A DNA stretch of 64,000 nucleotides from Chitinophagaceae bacterium (GCA_947474435.1 CANJII010000007.1:41146-105145); one strand, 5' to 3'. Shown: positions 1-10,457, counted from the stretch's first letter. Numbers and translations are program-made. The notes: generated by a model not told the origin, from the sequence alone.

Positions 1-330
1 AATGGCGATATTTTTTTTCATTGATAATTGATTGGCAATTTGCTGGTTCAATAGTTCACCATCAGGAGTCATATAAATGATCTCGTCAAAATTTCTTAAT
101 GAGTTCAAATGTTTCAGGCAATTATCTATTGGTTCAACCATCATTACCATTCCTGCTCCACCACCATATTGATAATCATCTGTTGATTTGTGTTTATCAG
201 TTGAGTAATCACGAATGTTGTGAATTTCCAATTCCACCAATTGTTTTTGCTGAGCCCTCTTCAATATTGAATGATCAAAAGGTCCCTTTAACAATTCAGG
301 AAGAACAGTAAGAATATCTAAGTGTAGCAT
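1..330 (-). CDS. trmD: tRNA (guanine-N1)-methyltransferase TrmD, 5' part (runs off the window edge)
   Basis: Not in the ORF track. Manual translation from ATG at 330: MLHLDILTVLPELLKGPFDHSILKRAQQKQLVELEIHNIRDYSTDKHKSTDDYQYGGGAGMVMMVEPI, the TrmD N-terminus with the DD-x-x-YGGG-x-GM motif. Confidence 0.95.
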   Translation of the reverse strand, partial: MLHLDILTVLPELLKGPFDHSILKRAQQKQLVELEIHNIRDYSTDKHKSTDDYQYGGGAGMVMMVEPIDNCLKHLNSLRNFDEIIYMTPDGELLNQQIANQLSMKKNIAI

Positions 331-368
331 TGCGGTAAATATAAATTCTAATACTAAACAAGGTGAAA

Positions 369-2138
369 TTATAAAAGCCCCATTCGGATCAGGCGTTCAT
401 TCAAAACATAAATTTGTTTTTGATTTATTTCTTTAACGAGTGTATAATTTGATTTAATAAAATTATTTAACAACGGAAAATTTTCATGACTTAAACCCTC
501 CTGATTTTTAAATCCTTTAAAAATTGGTTTAGATGTATCTAAAAATATTATAGGCTTGTTATAACTTAAGTTAGTGATATATTTTTCAAGATTTGTATTG
601 TCATTTTGTAAAGCATTTCTTGCCTCATTAAATGAATTGGCTCCACAGGTTCCTTGGGTTAATCCGGTCTCAACATAAAATTTATTGTTCCAGCCCCAAA
701 CAGCTAATTTTTCATTAGGCATAGCATATTTTGAAATTTCCTTTGCTACATCACTCAATTCGTAATTGCCCGAATTACTAATAAAATCAATCCCTCTATT
801 ACCATAATAAAGCGAAACCAATAATGGCGTAAGTGCAAAAAGAAGTAAAGTGAAAAATGTGATTTTTTTAGCTGAACTAATTTCTTTTATAAATTGAAAA
901 GCGATTCCAGCAATAATACCTGTAAAAATTACCAATGGAATAATTATCAAAGTATTGTAATGGTAAAAATAAGAACCCGGTAAACACACTGATAAATAAC
1001 TGACCAACACGATAAACAGGAAAAAAGAAATTCTTCTTTTATCTACTGATAATATTTTATTTCTGTTTAATAATAAAACCATAAAACACATACATAAGAA
1101 AATTAAAATGGTGCCGATTAGTGACAACAGTTCAGGTGTTTTAATTATTAAAATTGCAGGAATTAATAATTTAGAAAAGCCAGTGATGTGATAGTCTAAA
1201 CCGGTATTAGTGTAAGATAGGTTTTGAATGATGTAATCGGTTGTGAAGTCTGTAAAAGTCTTGTTTTTCAAAATATAAAACAGAAGAATTACAGATGGAA
1301 GCAGACCAACTGATATAAATTGAATTGATGAAAATAATTTTTGTTTTAAGCTGCTGTTTTTTGAAATGCAAATTTCAATGAGTACACAAATAACAAGTGA
1401 AAAAGCAATAGGTACAGCCTGTAATTTGGCATACGGAAAACAGCCGAGGATAAATGCAAGTAAAATGAATTTTAAAAATGTTTTATTTAATTGCCACGAA
1501 ATAAAGAGATAACAACTGATAGCAATAAACAACATTGGAATTAATTCGCTTTCATAGGCAATAAAATCTTTTGAATTAGAAAATGAATAAAATAAAATCA
1601 ATGGAAGTGATAAGAGTGATGCATATTCCTTATTAATTAATTTTTTTAAAGTGAGGTAAACAAAAATTAATGAAGGAACGATACAAAAAAGTAATCCAAA
1701 AAATCTTATAGAAGCATAGTTTAGACCGTCACCCGCGTAATACATTATTGAAAGTGGAATATATAAAATCGGGCCTCCGGTAAATCCGCTAAGGTCTTTC
1801 CATAAAACAGCGCCATTTAACCAAGTTGCTGCATTAACAATCCATTGACTTTCATCGGAATTTTGTTCTTTCAGAATTAAATTCGGAAGTCGTAAAATAA
1901 TTATCCCGGAAATGGAAATAATCAGAAAGAAAAAAGGACTGCATAAAATTTTTTTAAATCGATAGGTAGAAAATAATTTATCAGAGAAATTACTATATAC
2001 GATCAAGCATAAAACCATAACGAAAATAATACTAGTGATTTGCCAGTTAACCAAAATCAAATCAGGATTGGTATTAATTAAATCACTAATCGTGATTGCG
2101 ATTTTACCCGGATAGTTAATGTATGGAGTTGTATCCAA
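369..2138 (-). CDS. Polytopic membrane protein, probable GT-C (ArnT/PMT-like) glycosyltransferase
   Basis: 589 aa with many hydrophobic helices, an acidic DE pair after the early TM segments (NSDESQW) and a YFYHY motif; TTG start; very AT-rich. Confidence 0.55.
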   Translation of the reverse strand: MDTTPYINYPGKIAITISDLINTNPDLILVNWQITSIIFVMVLCLIVYSNFSDKLFSTYRFKKILCSPFFFLIISISGIIILRLPNLILKEQNSDESQWIVNAATWLNGAVLWKDLSGFTGGPILYIPLSIMYYAGDGLNYASIRFFGLLFCIVPSLIFVYLTLKKLINKEYASLLSLPLILFYSFSNSKDFIAYESELIPMLFIAISCYLFISWQLNKTFLKFILLAFILGCFPYAKLQAVPIAFSLVICVLIEICISKNSSLKQKLFSSIQFISVGLLPSVILLFYILKNKTFTDFTTDYIIQNLSYTNTGLDYHITGFSKLLIPAILIIKTPELLSLIGTILIFLCMCFMVLLLNRNKILSVDKRRISFFLFIVLVSYLSVCLPGSYFYHYNTLIIIPLVIFTGIIAGIAFQFIKEISSAKKITFFTLLLFALTPLLVSLYYGNRGIDFISNSGNYELSDVAKEISKYAMPNEKLAVWGWNNKFYVETGLTQGTCGANSFNEARNALQNDNTNLEKYITNLSYNKPIIFLDTSKPIFKGFKNQEGLSHENFPLLNNFIKSNYTLVKEINQKQIYVLNERLIRMGLL

Positions 2139-2188
2139 ATTGCTTTAATTAATTTTATTGAGAGGAAATAAAGAAGTTCTTTAAAAAA

Positions 2189-3568
2189 TTATTTGTCGAA
2201 TAAAATTATTTCTACTCTTCGGTTAATTGCTCTTCCATGTTCTTCTGAATTATCAGCAATTGGGTCTTCAAAATTGTAACCTGCAATTTTTAACCGTTGC
2301 CATGCTACTCCCTTTATTATCAGATAATCCATTACAGCATTGGCTCTGCTTTCCGATAATTTTTGGTTGTATTTTTTGGAACCTACATTGTCAGTATAAC
2401 CGGTTAGCTCGCATCTGAGGTCAAGATGTTTTTTCAGGTAGTTAGCAAGTTCGTTTAAATTATTTTTTGAAGAATCGGGAATAACAGCTGAAGCCGAAGC
2501 AAAATTGATATTGGTAACTGCAAACCTATCCTGCTCCACATCATCGAGCGAATCTTGTATTGATTGCTGATCGGGGATAATTTTACCGGTAAGTATTGAT
2601 TGAAAATCTAATTTTTCACTCAGATCAGGATAGTCTTTAAACTTTGGCTGGCCCGGATCTTTTAAACTGATTAATGAACCGGCTTCGAGCATTACACCAC
2701 TATCGTAAGCTAAATCACCTACATCGCCAATGGCAATTTTCATGTGGTATTTTTTATAGGGTACAACATAACATGATGCAGTCATTACACCTGTTAATCC
2801 ATCATATTGTAAGTTGTTTAAAATGTCTTTGTTTAATTTTTTCTTTTTCGCTTTGTTGATTTTAAAATCTGAGACTTTATTTTTTTTAACCGGTTTTCTT
2901 TTCTTCTGTACCGGAATGGATTTTTTTAATTCAGGTCGCTTGAAATAATCATTGTCGATATAATACTGGTTACTTAGTTTATCATTCAAAGTATTAATGC
3001 TGACCGGTATGTTTACTCCGGGAATAGTGGCAATATTCAGCCGGCGCACTTTATCACCATTCACAATAAAAGCAAACACATCGTTGTATTTTGATCCTAC
3101 ATATTCAGGATATTCTTCTGAACCGAAAACATAATTGAACATTATTTTATTATTCATCGGAATAAAATCAAATTCAATAACAACGGCATCGCCCGATGTT
3201 CCGTGACTGATTCTGTTTAAGTCTTTATCGCCCTTGGGTTTTCTTCTTGCCTTCGGATCGCTGAAGTATCCTGTTTTGTATGGAATTGTGTTAGCACTAA
3301 ACGCATCGAATACGCTTCCTGATGAAAGTATAATTCCACTATCTATTCCGATTGTTGTTTCAGCCTGGTTAAAAGAACCATAGCCTAAATGTGGAGCAGT
3401 CACTTTTACATTGCCAACAATAATGCCTTGGGTACCAACTAATTTATTTATGAGTTGCTCAGCTGTGTTTGAAGTGTCGACAAGAATTTGGGCGTTGGTA
3501 TTAAATGAAAATAACAAACACAAAAATGAAAGTGAAATAATTTTCATAAAAGAACATTGGCTGTTCAT
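2189..3568 (-). CDS. Secreted protein with choice-of-anchor L-like domain and C-terminal OmpA peptidoglycan-binding domain
   Basis: Signal peptide; FGSEEYPEYVGSKYNDVFAF and IAIGDVGD motifs; OmpA motifs GYTDNVG, NQKLSESRA and NRRVEI. The true start may be ATG at 3547. Confidence 0.8.
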   Translation of the reverse strand: MNSQCSFMKIISLSFLCLLFSFNTNAQILVDTSNTAEQLINKLVGTQGIIVGNVKVTAPHLGYGSFNQAETTIGIDSGIILSSGSVFDAFSANTIPYKTGYFSDPKARRKPKGDKDLNRISHGTSGDAVVIEFDFIPMNNKIMFNYVFGSEEYPEYVGSKYNDVFAFIVNGDKVRRLNIATIPGVNIPVSINTLNDKLSNQYYIDNDYFKRPELKKSIPVQKKRKPVKKNKVSDFKINKAKKKKLNKDILNNLQYDGLTGVMTASCYVVPYKKYHMKIAIGDVGDLAYDSGVMLEAGSLISLKDPGQPKFKDYPDLSEKLDFQSILTGKIIPDQQSIQDSLDDVEQDRFAVTNINFASASAVIPDSSKNNLNELANYLKKHLDLRCELTGYTDNVGSKKYNQKLSESRANAVMDYLIIKGVAWQRLKIAGYNFEDPIADNSEEHGRAINRRVEIILFDK

Positions 3569-3573
3569 GCGCG

Positions 3574-3581
3574 CAAAAATA
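3574..3581 (-). promoter_or_regulatory. Bacteroidota sigma70 -7 element (TATTTTTG)
   Basis: Matches TAnnTTTG on the minus strand just upstream of the OmpA-domain gene. Confidence 0.5.
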
Positions 3582-3690
3582 GAATTCAGAAACTAAGTTA
3601 ACGGATTAATGATTAATTTTTCTTGATCTGTTATTTAATATTTAGTAGTAATAACAAATAGGTTTTTGTTTTTTATAAAGGATTAAAAAA

Positions 3691-4614
3691 TCAGTCCTTT
3701 ACTTTTTCAAAAACAATTCGGTAATGTTCAAAAATTTCGCGTTCGAAAACCAAGAGATTGGCTTGAATTTTAAATCGTTTCATCCATTCTCTGAAAGATC
3801 TGCTTAATAAATAAGTAGGAATAAATGAAATAAAGAGCAGGTATTTATTAAAACTGAATTTTGTAAAAGCCTTTGTCCATCGTTTAATGGTTTCTATATA
3901 ATCTAACCTTCCACTATCAACTGATATTACTTTAAAATGCTCAAGGGCCGGATTTATAATTCCTTCCTTACCATAAGGCAGCCACGAACCCGGAAATACG
4001 CGACAAATAATATCCATCAATTCTTCATTGGTAAATTCCTTTTTATTTAAGTCAGTTTTGTCAAATGGAATATCTTCAAATTTTACCATGTTCGGACCAA
4101 ACACCATGGTCTGACAGTAAAACCTGCCACCAACCGGAAGCAAATCTGATATTTGTTTAAAGTAGGTCTTGTATATTTCTTGCTGTTTACCTGCTTTATA
4201 TTGTTCTACTGAACACAAATGTTCGGGGCTTCCCATGGCAGTTACCACATCAAATTTCCCGAAAGTATCAGGCCTTATTTGTTTCGAATCCATGTGATAG
4301 ACATTCAGTCCGTTTTTCTGACAGGCATCAGCTTGTCCTTGTGCTAATACAACACCATATGTAATTGCACCAAGTTTGTTCAGAAAATCTATAAACGCTC
4401 CCCAGCCGCAACCAATATCTAACACCTTTGTTCCTTTTATTATTTTACAGCCATCAACAATGAACTGATGTTTTTTTGCTTGAGCCTGCTCTGAAGTCAT
4501 TGAAAAATCACCATCGAACCGAGCACAGCTGTAAGCACCTTTTTCGCCCACGCTCATTCTGAATATTTTATCCATTGAGGTATAATGAGCATCTAATTCC
4601 TTTTGATTAGCCAT
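3691..4614 (-). CDS. Cyclopropane-fatty-acyl-phospholipid synthase family SAM methyltransferase
   Basis: AHY, YSCA and VLDIGCGWG motifs; VFPGS and DY..T...W motifs typical of the CFA/CMAS family. Confidence 0.85.
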   Translation of the reverse strand: MANQKELDAHYTSMDKIFRMSVGEKGAYSCARFDGDFSMTSEQAQAKKHQFIVDGCKIIKGTKVLDIGCGWGAFIDFLNKLGAITYGVVLAQGQADACQKNGLNVYHMDSKQIRPDTFGKFDVVTAMGSPEHLCSVEQYKAGKQQEIYKTYFKQISDLLPVGGRFYCQTMVFGPNMVKFEDIPFDKTDLNKKEFTNEELMDIICRVFPGSWLPYGKEGIINPALEHFKVISVDSGRLDYIETIKRWTKAFTKFSFNKYLLFISFIPTYLLSRSFREWMKRFKIQANLLVFEREIFEHYRIVFEKVKD

Positions 4615-4723
4615 GGCTTTTAAGTGTTTTTATAAGTAATGGTTTACGAACTGCAATTACCTGATTGTTCAATTAATTTTTATTCGTGCATTTTATTTGA
4701 AAAAATAAAAATTGAAATTTTTT

Positions 4724-4831
4724 TTAATGATGCTTTATCATGACCAATACACCACCGGCTATAAAAAGCAGCAGCATAACAATCCATATTATAGTTTCAT
4801 GATTTTTTGGTTTTGGCGAAGCATGATTCAT
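4724..4831 (-). CDS. Putative small single-pass membrane protein (35 aa), below the ORF-track cutoff
   Basis: Manual translation MNHASPKPKNHETIIWIVMLLLFIAGGVLVMIKHH*; one clean TM helix; a TGAT-N4-ATCA box lies about 50 bp upstream. Confidence 0.5.
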   Translation of the reverse strand: MNHASPKPKNHETIIWIVMLLLFIAGGVLVMIKHH

Positions 4832-4880
4832 TGCAAAAATTTATTGCAACGAAGAAACCTCAACCGAATTTAAAGAGTAA

Positions 4881-4892
4881 TGATTTTAATCA
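4881..4892. promoter_or_regulatory. FNR-type box TGATTTTAATCA
   Basis: Perfect TGAT-N4-ATCA palindrome between the small ORF/cfa-like gene and rhlE. Confidence 0.5.
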
Positions 4893-4908
4893 TTCATTTT
4901 TAATAGCC

Positions 4909-4916
4909 TACTTTTG
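4909..4916 (+). promoter_or_regulatory. Bacteroidota sigma70 -7 element (TACTTTTG) for rhlE
   Basis: Matches TAnnTTTG about 120 bp upstream of the helicase start. Confidence 0.5.
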
Positions 4917-5035
4917 GCGGCACAACACAATAGATTGAAATCTTATTAAGAGCCGTCTCTATATTATATTCAATCAAATACGGTTTACAATCATTTTAAT
5001 AATCACAAAACAATTTAATTATCAAGAACAACACA

Positions 5036-6418
5036 ATGTCATTCGAGAACTTACATTTAATTGAGCCGATTCTGAAGGCTTTAAAAACAACAGGATACAC
5101 TACACCAACCCCCATTCAGGAACAAGCGATTCCGATTATATTAAAACATAAAGATTTGCTGGGTTGCGCACAAACAGGAACAGGAAAAACCGCCGCATTC
5201 GGCATTCCGATTTTACAATTGCTGAACAGCGGTATGCACAACGATAAAGGGCACCGCAACATTAAGGCGCTGGTGCTTACTCCAACACGGGAACTTGCGA
5301 TTCAGATTCAGGAAAGTTTTTCGACTTACGGAAAATTTGTTGACAGCCGGAACTTAGTAATATTCGGTGGAGTATCGCAACACTCGCAGGTGATTGCGCT
5401 GCGAAACGGTATTGATGTTTTAATTGCCACACCAGGGCGCTTGCTTGATTTAATGCAGCAACGGCATGTGAACCTGCAGCACATTGAATTTTTTGTGCTG
5501 GATGAAGCTGACCGTATGCTTGATATGGGATTTTTGCAGGATGTAAAAAGAGTGATTGCTAAGTTGCCTCACAAGCGGCAGACTTTGTTTTTCTCTGCTA
5601 CCATGCCACCTGAAATTCAGAAGTTGGCTGATACTATTTTAGTGAATCCTGAAAAAGTGGAAGTTACTCCGCAGTCAACCACCGTGGAAGCAATTTCGCA
5701 GGGAGTTTATTATGTGGAGCGCGAGCAGAAAAAAAATCTGCTGATTCATATTCTGCAAAATGAAACCATAAAATCGGCATTGGTATTTACACGCACGAAG
5801 CATGGCGCTGATAAAGTGGTGAAGGAATTGGTGAAGGTGCACATTCATGCTGAAGCCATTCATGGAAATAAATCGCAGAACAACCGGCAGCGTGCGTTAA
5901 CGAATTTTAAAACAGGAAAAATAAAAGTGCTTGTTGCTACTGATATAGCAGCACGCGGAATTGATGTGGATGAACTTTCGCATGTTATAAATTTTGATAT
6001 GCCGAATGTGGCTGAAACTTATGTTCATCGCATTGGCAGAACAGGTAGAGCTGGATTGAGTGGAGTTGCTTTATCGTTTTGCGATTCGGAAGAATTAGGT
6101 GAATTGAAAGACATAAACAAACTGATAGGTAAACCGATTCCGGTTATTACAGATCATCCGTATGCAATATCGTTTGATGATATGCCTTTGAATTTTGTTC
6201 GGAAGCCATCGCCGCAAAGAAGAAATTCTAATTCAGGATTTCGTTCGGGTTCGGGAAGAGGAAGGAGTAATTCTTCAGGTGGTCGCAGTAGTGGCAGCGG
6301 AACACGCAGCGGTGAAAGAAGTGGAAGCGGTCACAGTCACACAAGTGGTGAGGGTAGGAGCGGAAGCAGCACCAGCAGTGGAAGCAAACACAGCAGCAGC
6401 GGAAGAAAGCGGTGGTAG
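5036..6418 (+). CDS. rhlE: DEAD-box RNA helicase (RhlE-like) with Gly/Ser/Arg-rich C-terminal tail
   Basis: Q motif, [31 protein letters not shown] and HRIGRTGR motifs. Confidence 0.9.
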   Translation: MSFENLHLIEPILKALKTTGYTTPTPIQEQAIPIILKHKDLLGCAQTGTGKTAAFGIPILQLLNSGMHNDKGHRNIKALVLTPTRELAIQIQESFSTYGKFVDSRNLVIFGGVSQHSQVIALRNGIDVLIATPGRLLDLMQQRHVNLQHIEFFVLDEADRMLDMGFLQDVKRVIAKLPHKRQTLFFSATMPPEIQKLADTILVNPEKVEVTPQSTTVEAISQGVYYVEREQKKNLLIHILQNETIKSALVFTRTKHGADKVVKELVKVHIHAEAIHGNKSQNNRQRALTNFKTGKIKVLVATDIAARGIDVDELSHVINFDMPNVAETYVHRIGRTGRAGLSGVALSFCDSEELGELKDINKLIGKPIPVITDHPYAISFDDMPLNFVRKPSPQRRNSNSGFRSGSGRGRSNSSGGRSSGSGTRSGERSGSGHSHTSGEGRSGSSTSSGSKHSSSGRKRW

Positions 6419-6468
6419 ATTAATAAACAGTAAGCAATTTGCAAAGGGCAATAAGGAATAATAAATTA

Positions 6469-6504
6469 GAAAGCCATCTGGTGAAAACGAGATGGCTTTT
6501 TTTT
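6469..6504 (+). terminator. Rho-independent terminator between convergent rhlE and msrA
   Basis: AAAGCCATCT...AGATGGCTTT stem followed by a T run. Confidence 0.85.
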
Positions 6505-6540
6505 AGAAATTTTTTTTGAAATCTGCAAACTGATTACAGA

Positions 6541-7215
6541 TTACTGTTTCAATTTCCCTTCAAATACTTTTCTGAATTTCTCTACTTTCGGAGCAATAAC
6601 TATCTGGCAATATGGAGCGCTGCCGTTCTGATTATAATAATCCTGATGATAATCTTCGGCTTTATAAAATTTTGTAAATGCAGATATTTCAGTTACAACC
6701 GGATCAGTGAAAGCTCCTGAAGCATTTAATTCTATTTTGTATTTTCCGGCTAATGATTTTTGATAATCGTTGTGATAAAAAATGACTGAACGATACTGGG
6801 TTCCTTCATCGCCGCCTTGCCGGTTTAATGTTGTTGGGTCGTGTGCTAACCAAAATGCATGAAGCAACTCATCATAACTTACAATAGCTGGATTGTAGGC
6901 AATCTGCACCACTTCGGCATGCCCTGTTAATCCACTGCATACTTCTTTATATGTTGGATTGGCGACCTGGCCTCCAGCGTAACCTGATGTAACAGATTGC
7001 ACTCCGTTCAGTTGTAAAAAAATTGCTTCGCTGCACCAGAAGCAACCCATTCCGAAAGTTGCTGTGTCCAATGTTTCATTCGGATTTTTTTGATCCGATT
7101 CTGATTTTATTTTTTCGTTCATAGCATTTGTTTTCGTTTCGGTTTGTTGAGCACACGAAAATTGTGTGATACTTAAAAAGGTGAAAAGAATTTTGCTGAA
7201 ATATTTTTTATTCAT
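6541..7215 (-). CDS. msrA: Peptide methionine sulfoxide reductase MsrA with N-terminal export/lipoprotein signal
   Basis: GCFWC, GHAE, QYRS, AEDYHQDY and YC motifs. Confidence 0.95.
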   Translation of the reverse strand: MNKKYFSKILFTFLSITQFSCAQQTETKTNAMNEKIKSESDQKNPNETLDTATFGMGCFWCSEAIFLQLNGVQSVTSGYAGGQVANPTYKEVCSGLTGHAEVVQIAYNPAIVSYDELLHAFWLAHDPTTLNRQGGDEGTQYRSVIFYHNDYQKSLAGKYKIELNASGAFTDPVVTEISAFTKFYKAEDYHQDYYNQNGSAPYCQIVIAPKVEKFRKVFEGKLKQ

Positions 7216-7365
7216 TGAAATTATTTTTTTAATAGGTATTATTCATCAAACAATTTGCATTTCAATGGAATTCATGATTGTTTCACAATTCATGAATCTT
7301 CGATTTCATGTCTGTTTTATTTATTGAGAACAAATAAATTTCAAAACGGTTCAGCCGTTGGGTTT

Positions 7366-8124
7366 CTATTTCCGAATTCTTTTTTCAGAAAGTGCAGCGC
7401 AAATAATTCCTGTAGCAACTGCTGCATTCAACGATTCAGCATTTCCGAATTTCGGAATTGAAATGGAATGGGTACACAATTGTTTTGCCTCATCTGAAAC
7501 ACCTTTGCCTTCACTACCAATTACAATGATGGCGTTTTCGGAATATTCATTTTTATAAATTGTTGTTTCACTTTCCATCACAGTTAAAATTTTTGGCAGC
7601 GAACTTTCAGATAATACTTCGACAATATTTTTTTCGAAAACTTTTACTCTCACAATAGAACCCATGCTCGCTTGCACCACTTTCGGGTTATAGGCATCCA
7701 CACAATTTTCAGAACAAAAAATGTTTTCAATTCCAAACCAATCGGCAATTCGAATAATGGTTCCCATATTTCCAGGGTCCTGAATTCCATCCAGTACTAA
7801 ATGCAAACTTGTTGTGAGTTGGCTGATATTAATTTTATATTCCGGAATGTGAACGAGCGCTAAAACTGTTGGTGGGTTTTGCAGTTCCGAAACTTTTTTC
7901 ATTTCATGTTCTTCCACAACCACTAAATGTTCCTCAGCAATTTTGCCCATAATCATTCCTTTATCTTTCAGTTTATCAGTGAAAAGAATTTTATCAACTG
8001 TAAGTGAGGAGTTTAAAATTTCACTCACTACTTTTTCACCTTCAGCAACAAAACACTGATGTTCTTCGCGGAATTTTTTGACTCTAAGTGAATTAATGTA
8101 CTTTTCAAGCGGTTTAGAAAACAT
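7366..8124 (-). CDS. TrmH/SpoU family RNA methyltransferase
   Basis: DGIQDPGNMGTIIR, IGSEGKG and ESLNAAVA SPOUT motifs. Confidence 0.92.
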   Translation of the reverse strand: MFSKPLEKYINSLRVKKFREEHQCFVAEGEKVVSEILNSSLTVDKILFTDKLKDKGMIMGKIAEEHLVVVEEHEMKKVSELQNPPTVLALVHIPEYKINISQLTTSLHLVLDGIQDPGNMGTIIRIADWFGIENIFCSENCVDAYNPKVVQASMGSIVRVKVFEKNIVEVLSESSLPKILTVMESETTIYKNEYSENAIIVIGSEGKGVSDEAKQLCTHSISIPKFGNAESLNAAVATGIICAALSEKRIRK

Positions 8125-8126
8125 TC

Positions 8127-10454
8127 ATGCGGATTTACAGGGCAAGTATAAGTATCATTTTTCTGGCAATTTTTTCTGTTGCGTTTACTTCGTGTATTTC
8201 AACCCGTAAAATTCCAACCGGAAAATATTTATTGAACAGCAATAAAATTGTTTTAAAAGATAAAGTTGACTGGAAAAAAATTAAGAAGAACATTGAAAAC
8301 AACAATTCACTTTCTTCTTCCTTGTTATTATTTGCCAAACAAAAGCCAAATAAAACCACACTCGGATTATTTAAACTTAACCTGTGGATTTATAATATTT
8401 TTCAAACAAAAAAATTAAAGGGAAGAAGTTATTGGATTCAAACACACATTGGTGAAGCACCTGTTGTTTTTGATTCCATGCTTTTATTTTTTTCGGCAAA
8501 CCTGATGGAAGAATACATGCATACGAAAGGTTATCTGGATGCAGAAGTTTCAAGCCGATATAAAATAAGGGGCAGAAAAGTTTCGGCTTACTATGATGTT
8601 CATGCTGATTCATTGTATACAATTGATACACTTGAATATGTAAACGGAACTCATGTGGTTACATCGCTGATGATTGAATCGTCGAAAAACACTGTTTTAA
8701 AAATCGGGTCGCCGCTTGATTTTGAAAAAATGGAAGAAGAAAGAAAGCGCATACAAAAAGATTTGCAGAATTGGGGGATGTATCGCTTCAGTACCAATGA
8801 AATTTATTTTACGGTGGATACTCCGATAATTAATCATGCAGTGCATTTAAGTGTTCACATTGATGAGAATGACAGTTCAGGAATTCAACGGATTTACAAA
8901 ATCCGGAATGTGTATATTAATCAATCTTACAATCCTTTAATCAATGACACCCTCTCATCAATTGATACCATTGAATATAAAAATCTTGATTTTGTTTCTG
9001 AAAAAAATGTGCTGAATCCGAAAAGATTATATCGGGTGGTTTTTGTTACGCCGGAAGAAAATTATTCGATAAAGAAAAATGATTTCACCATTCGCCGGAT
9101 TTCAGATTTAGGAGCTTTTAAATTTATCAGTGTTCAATACCAGCAGGTTGCTGCAGATTCACTTGATTGCATCATTCGATTGACACCCTATAAAGTCAGT
9201 ACCATTTCACCTGAAATTAAAGCTGCCAACATTGAAAATAATTTAGGAAATTCAATTTCATTAACCTACTTAAACCGGAATCTTAGTAAGGATGCCACCC
9301 GATTATCTTTTAACGCAATTGGCGGAGTTGAATTTCCGGTTGCAAAAATTGATAGTTTATTATTCAATGCAAGCAGTAGTTTAAGTTTCTCGGTTCCACG
9401 AATTTTATTTCCTGTATTGTATAAAAAAGTTTCGAGGTACTCAGAGCAACACACCAATATTTCATTCACCACAAGCGCTTTATTTCAAACCGGAATTTAT
9501 TCGCTCTATAATCAGAACTTCAGCTTTGGTTATGATTTTCGTGAACCGGTAAGCGAATTAAAAAGGCATCAACCCGGCATCTCACTTACTTATACCCGAC
9601 CGATTATTCAGAGTGATTCTTTCAGAGCTCGATTGAATTCAGATTTTTTATTGAAACAAACTTTTTCTGATCAGTTAATTACGGGATGTAATTACACTTT
9701 CACTTATTCAAATCAGGTTACTGAAAAACTTAAAAACTTTTTTGTAATGAGAACCGGCTTTGAATTAGCTGGAGGAATTCTATGGATATTAAACGATGGA
9801 ACTAATCTTGTGAAATTCAGTCATGATAGTTTAACCGGCCAGTCGTTGATCTTAAATATTCCATACAGTAATTTTTTGCGGCTTGAATATGATTTTAAAT
9901 ACTATTGGTTATTCAGTAAACAGCGAAATTTTGTAGCTCACTTTTTTACAGGAATTGGTTTGCCGTTTGCCAATTCATCGGTGCTTCCATACATCAGGCA
10001 GTTTTCAGTTGGCGGACCAAATGATATTCGTGCGTGGCGCATTCGTTCGTTGGGTCCGGGTTCGTCTGCTTCCAGCCAGTCAAATGGATTTTATAATCAG
10101 ACCGGCGATATTAAACTGGAAGGAAATCTGGAATATCGTTTTCACATCATTGGAGTTTTGAAGGGAGCCTTTTTTACTGATGCCGGAAATATATGGATGC
10201 TGAAAAAAAATCCGGAGAACGAAGGAGCAAATTTTGATGCCGCCCGTTTTTATACGGAGATTGCAATAGGAGCCGGAGCAGGTTTAAGATTGGATTTCAG
10301 TTATTTTATTTTTCGGGGTGATATTGCAATGCCACTGCGCAATCCCACGCTGCCTGAAACCGAACGATGGGTTTTTAATAAAATAGATTTTGCCAATTCG
10401 CTTTGGAGAAAAAATAACTTGATACTAAATATTGCAATCGGATATCCTTTTTAA
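8127..10454 (+). CDS. Omp85/BamA-family outer-membrane lipoprotein (TamL-like)
   Basis: Lipobox FTSC; POTRA-like N-terminal region; GGPNDIRAW, DAGNIW and GLRLDF motifs; C-terminal IGYPF beta-signal. Confidence 0.88.
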   Translation: MRIYRASISIIFLAIFSVAFTSCISTRKIPTGKYLLNSNKIVLKDKVDWKKIKKNIENNNSLSSSLLLFAKQKPNKTTLGLFKLNLWIYNIFQTKKLKGRSYWIQTHIGEAPVVFDSMLLFFSANLMEEYMHTKGYLDAEVSSRYKIRGRKVSAYYDVHADSLYTIDTLEYVNGTHVVTSLMIESSKNTVLKIGSPLDFEKMEEERKRIQKDLQNWGMYRFSTNEIYFTVDTPIINHAVHLSVHIDENDSSGIQRIYKIRNVYINQSYNPLINDTLSSIDTIEYKNLDFVSEKNVLNPKRLYRVVFVTPEENYSIKKNDFTIRRISDLGAFKFISVQYQQVAADSLDCIIRLTPYKVSTISPEIKAANIENNLGNSISLTYLNRNLSKDATRLSFNAIGGVEFPVAKIDSLLFNASSSLSFSVPRILFPVLYKKVSRYSEQHTNISFTTSALFQTGIYSLYNQNFSFGYDFREPVSELKRHQPGISLTYTRPIIQSDSFRARLNSDFLLKQTFSDQLITGCNYTFTYSNQVTEKLKNFFVMRTGFELAGGILWILNDGTNLVKFSHDSLTGQSLILNIPYSNFLRLEYDFKYYWLFSKQRNFVAHFFTGIGLPFANSSVLPYIRQFSVGGPNDIRAWRIRSLGPGSSASSQSNGFYNQTGDIKLEGNLEYRFHIIGVLKGAFFTDAGNIWMLKKNPENEGANFDAARFYTEIAIGAGAGLRLDFSYFIFRGDIAMPLRNPTLPETERWVFNKIDFANSLWRKNNLILNIAIGYPF

Positions 10455-10457
10455 AAT

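Noticed and set aside
99-311. 70-aa plus-strand ORF
   Set aside because: Antisense shadow of trmD, which occupies 1-330 on the minus strand.
6195-6461. 88-aa alternative-frame ORF over the rhlE tail
   Set aside because: By-product of the repetitive AGC/GGA/AGT codons of the Gly/Ser tail; basic disordered tails are normal in DEAD-box helicases.
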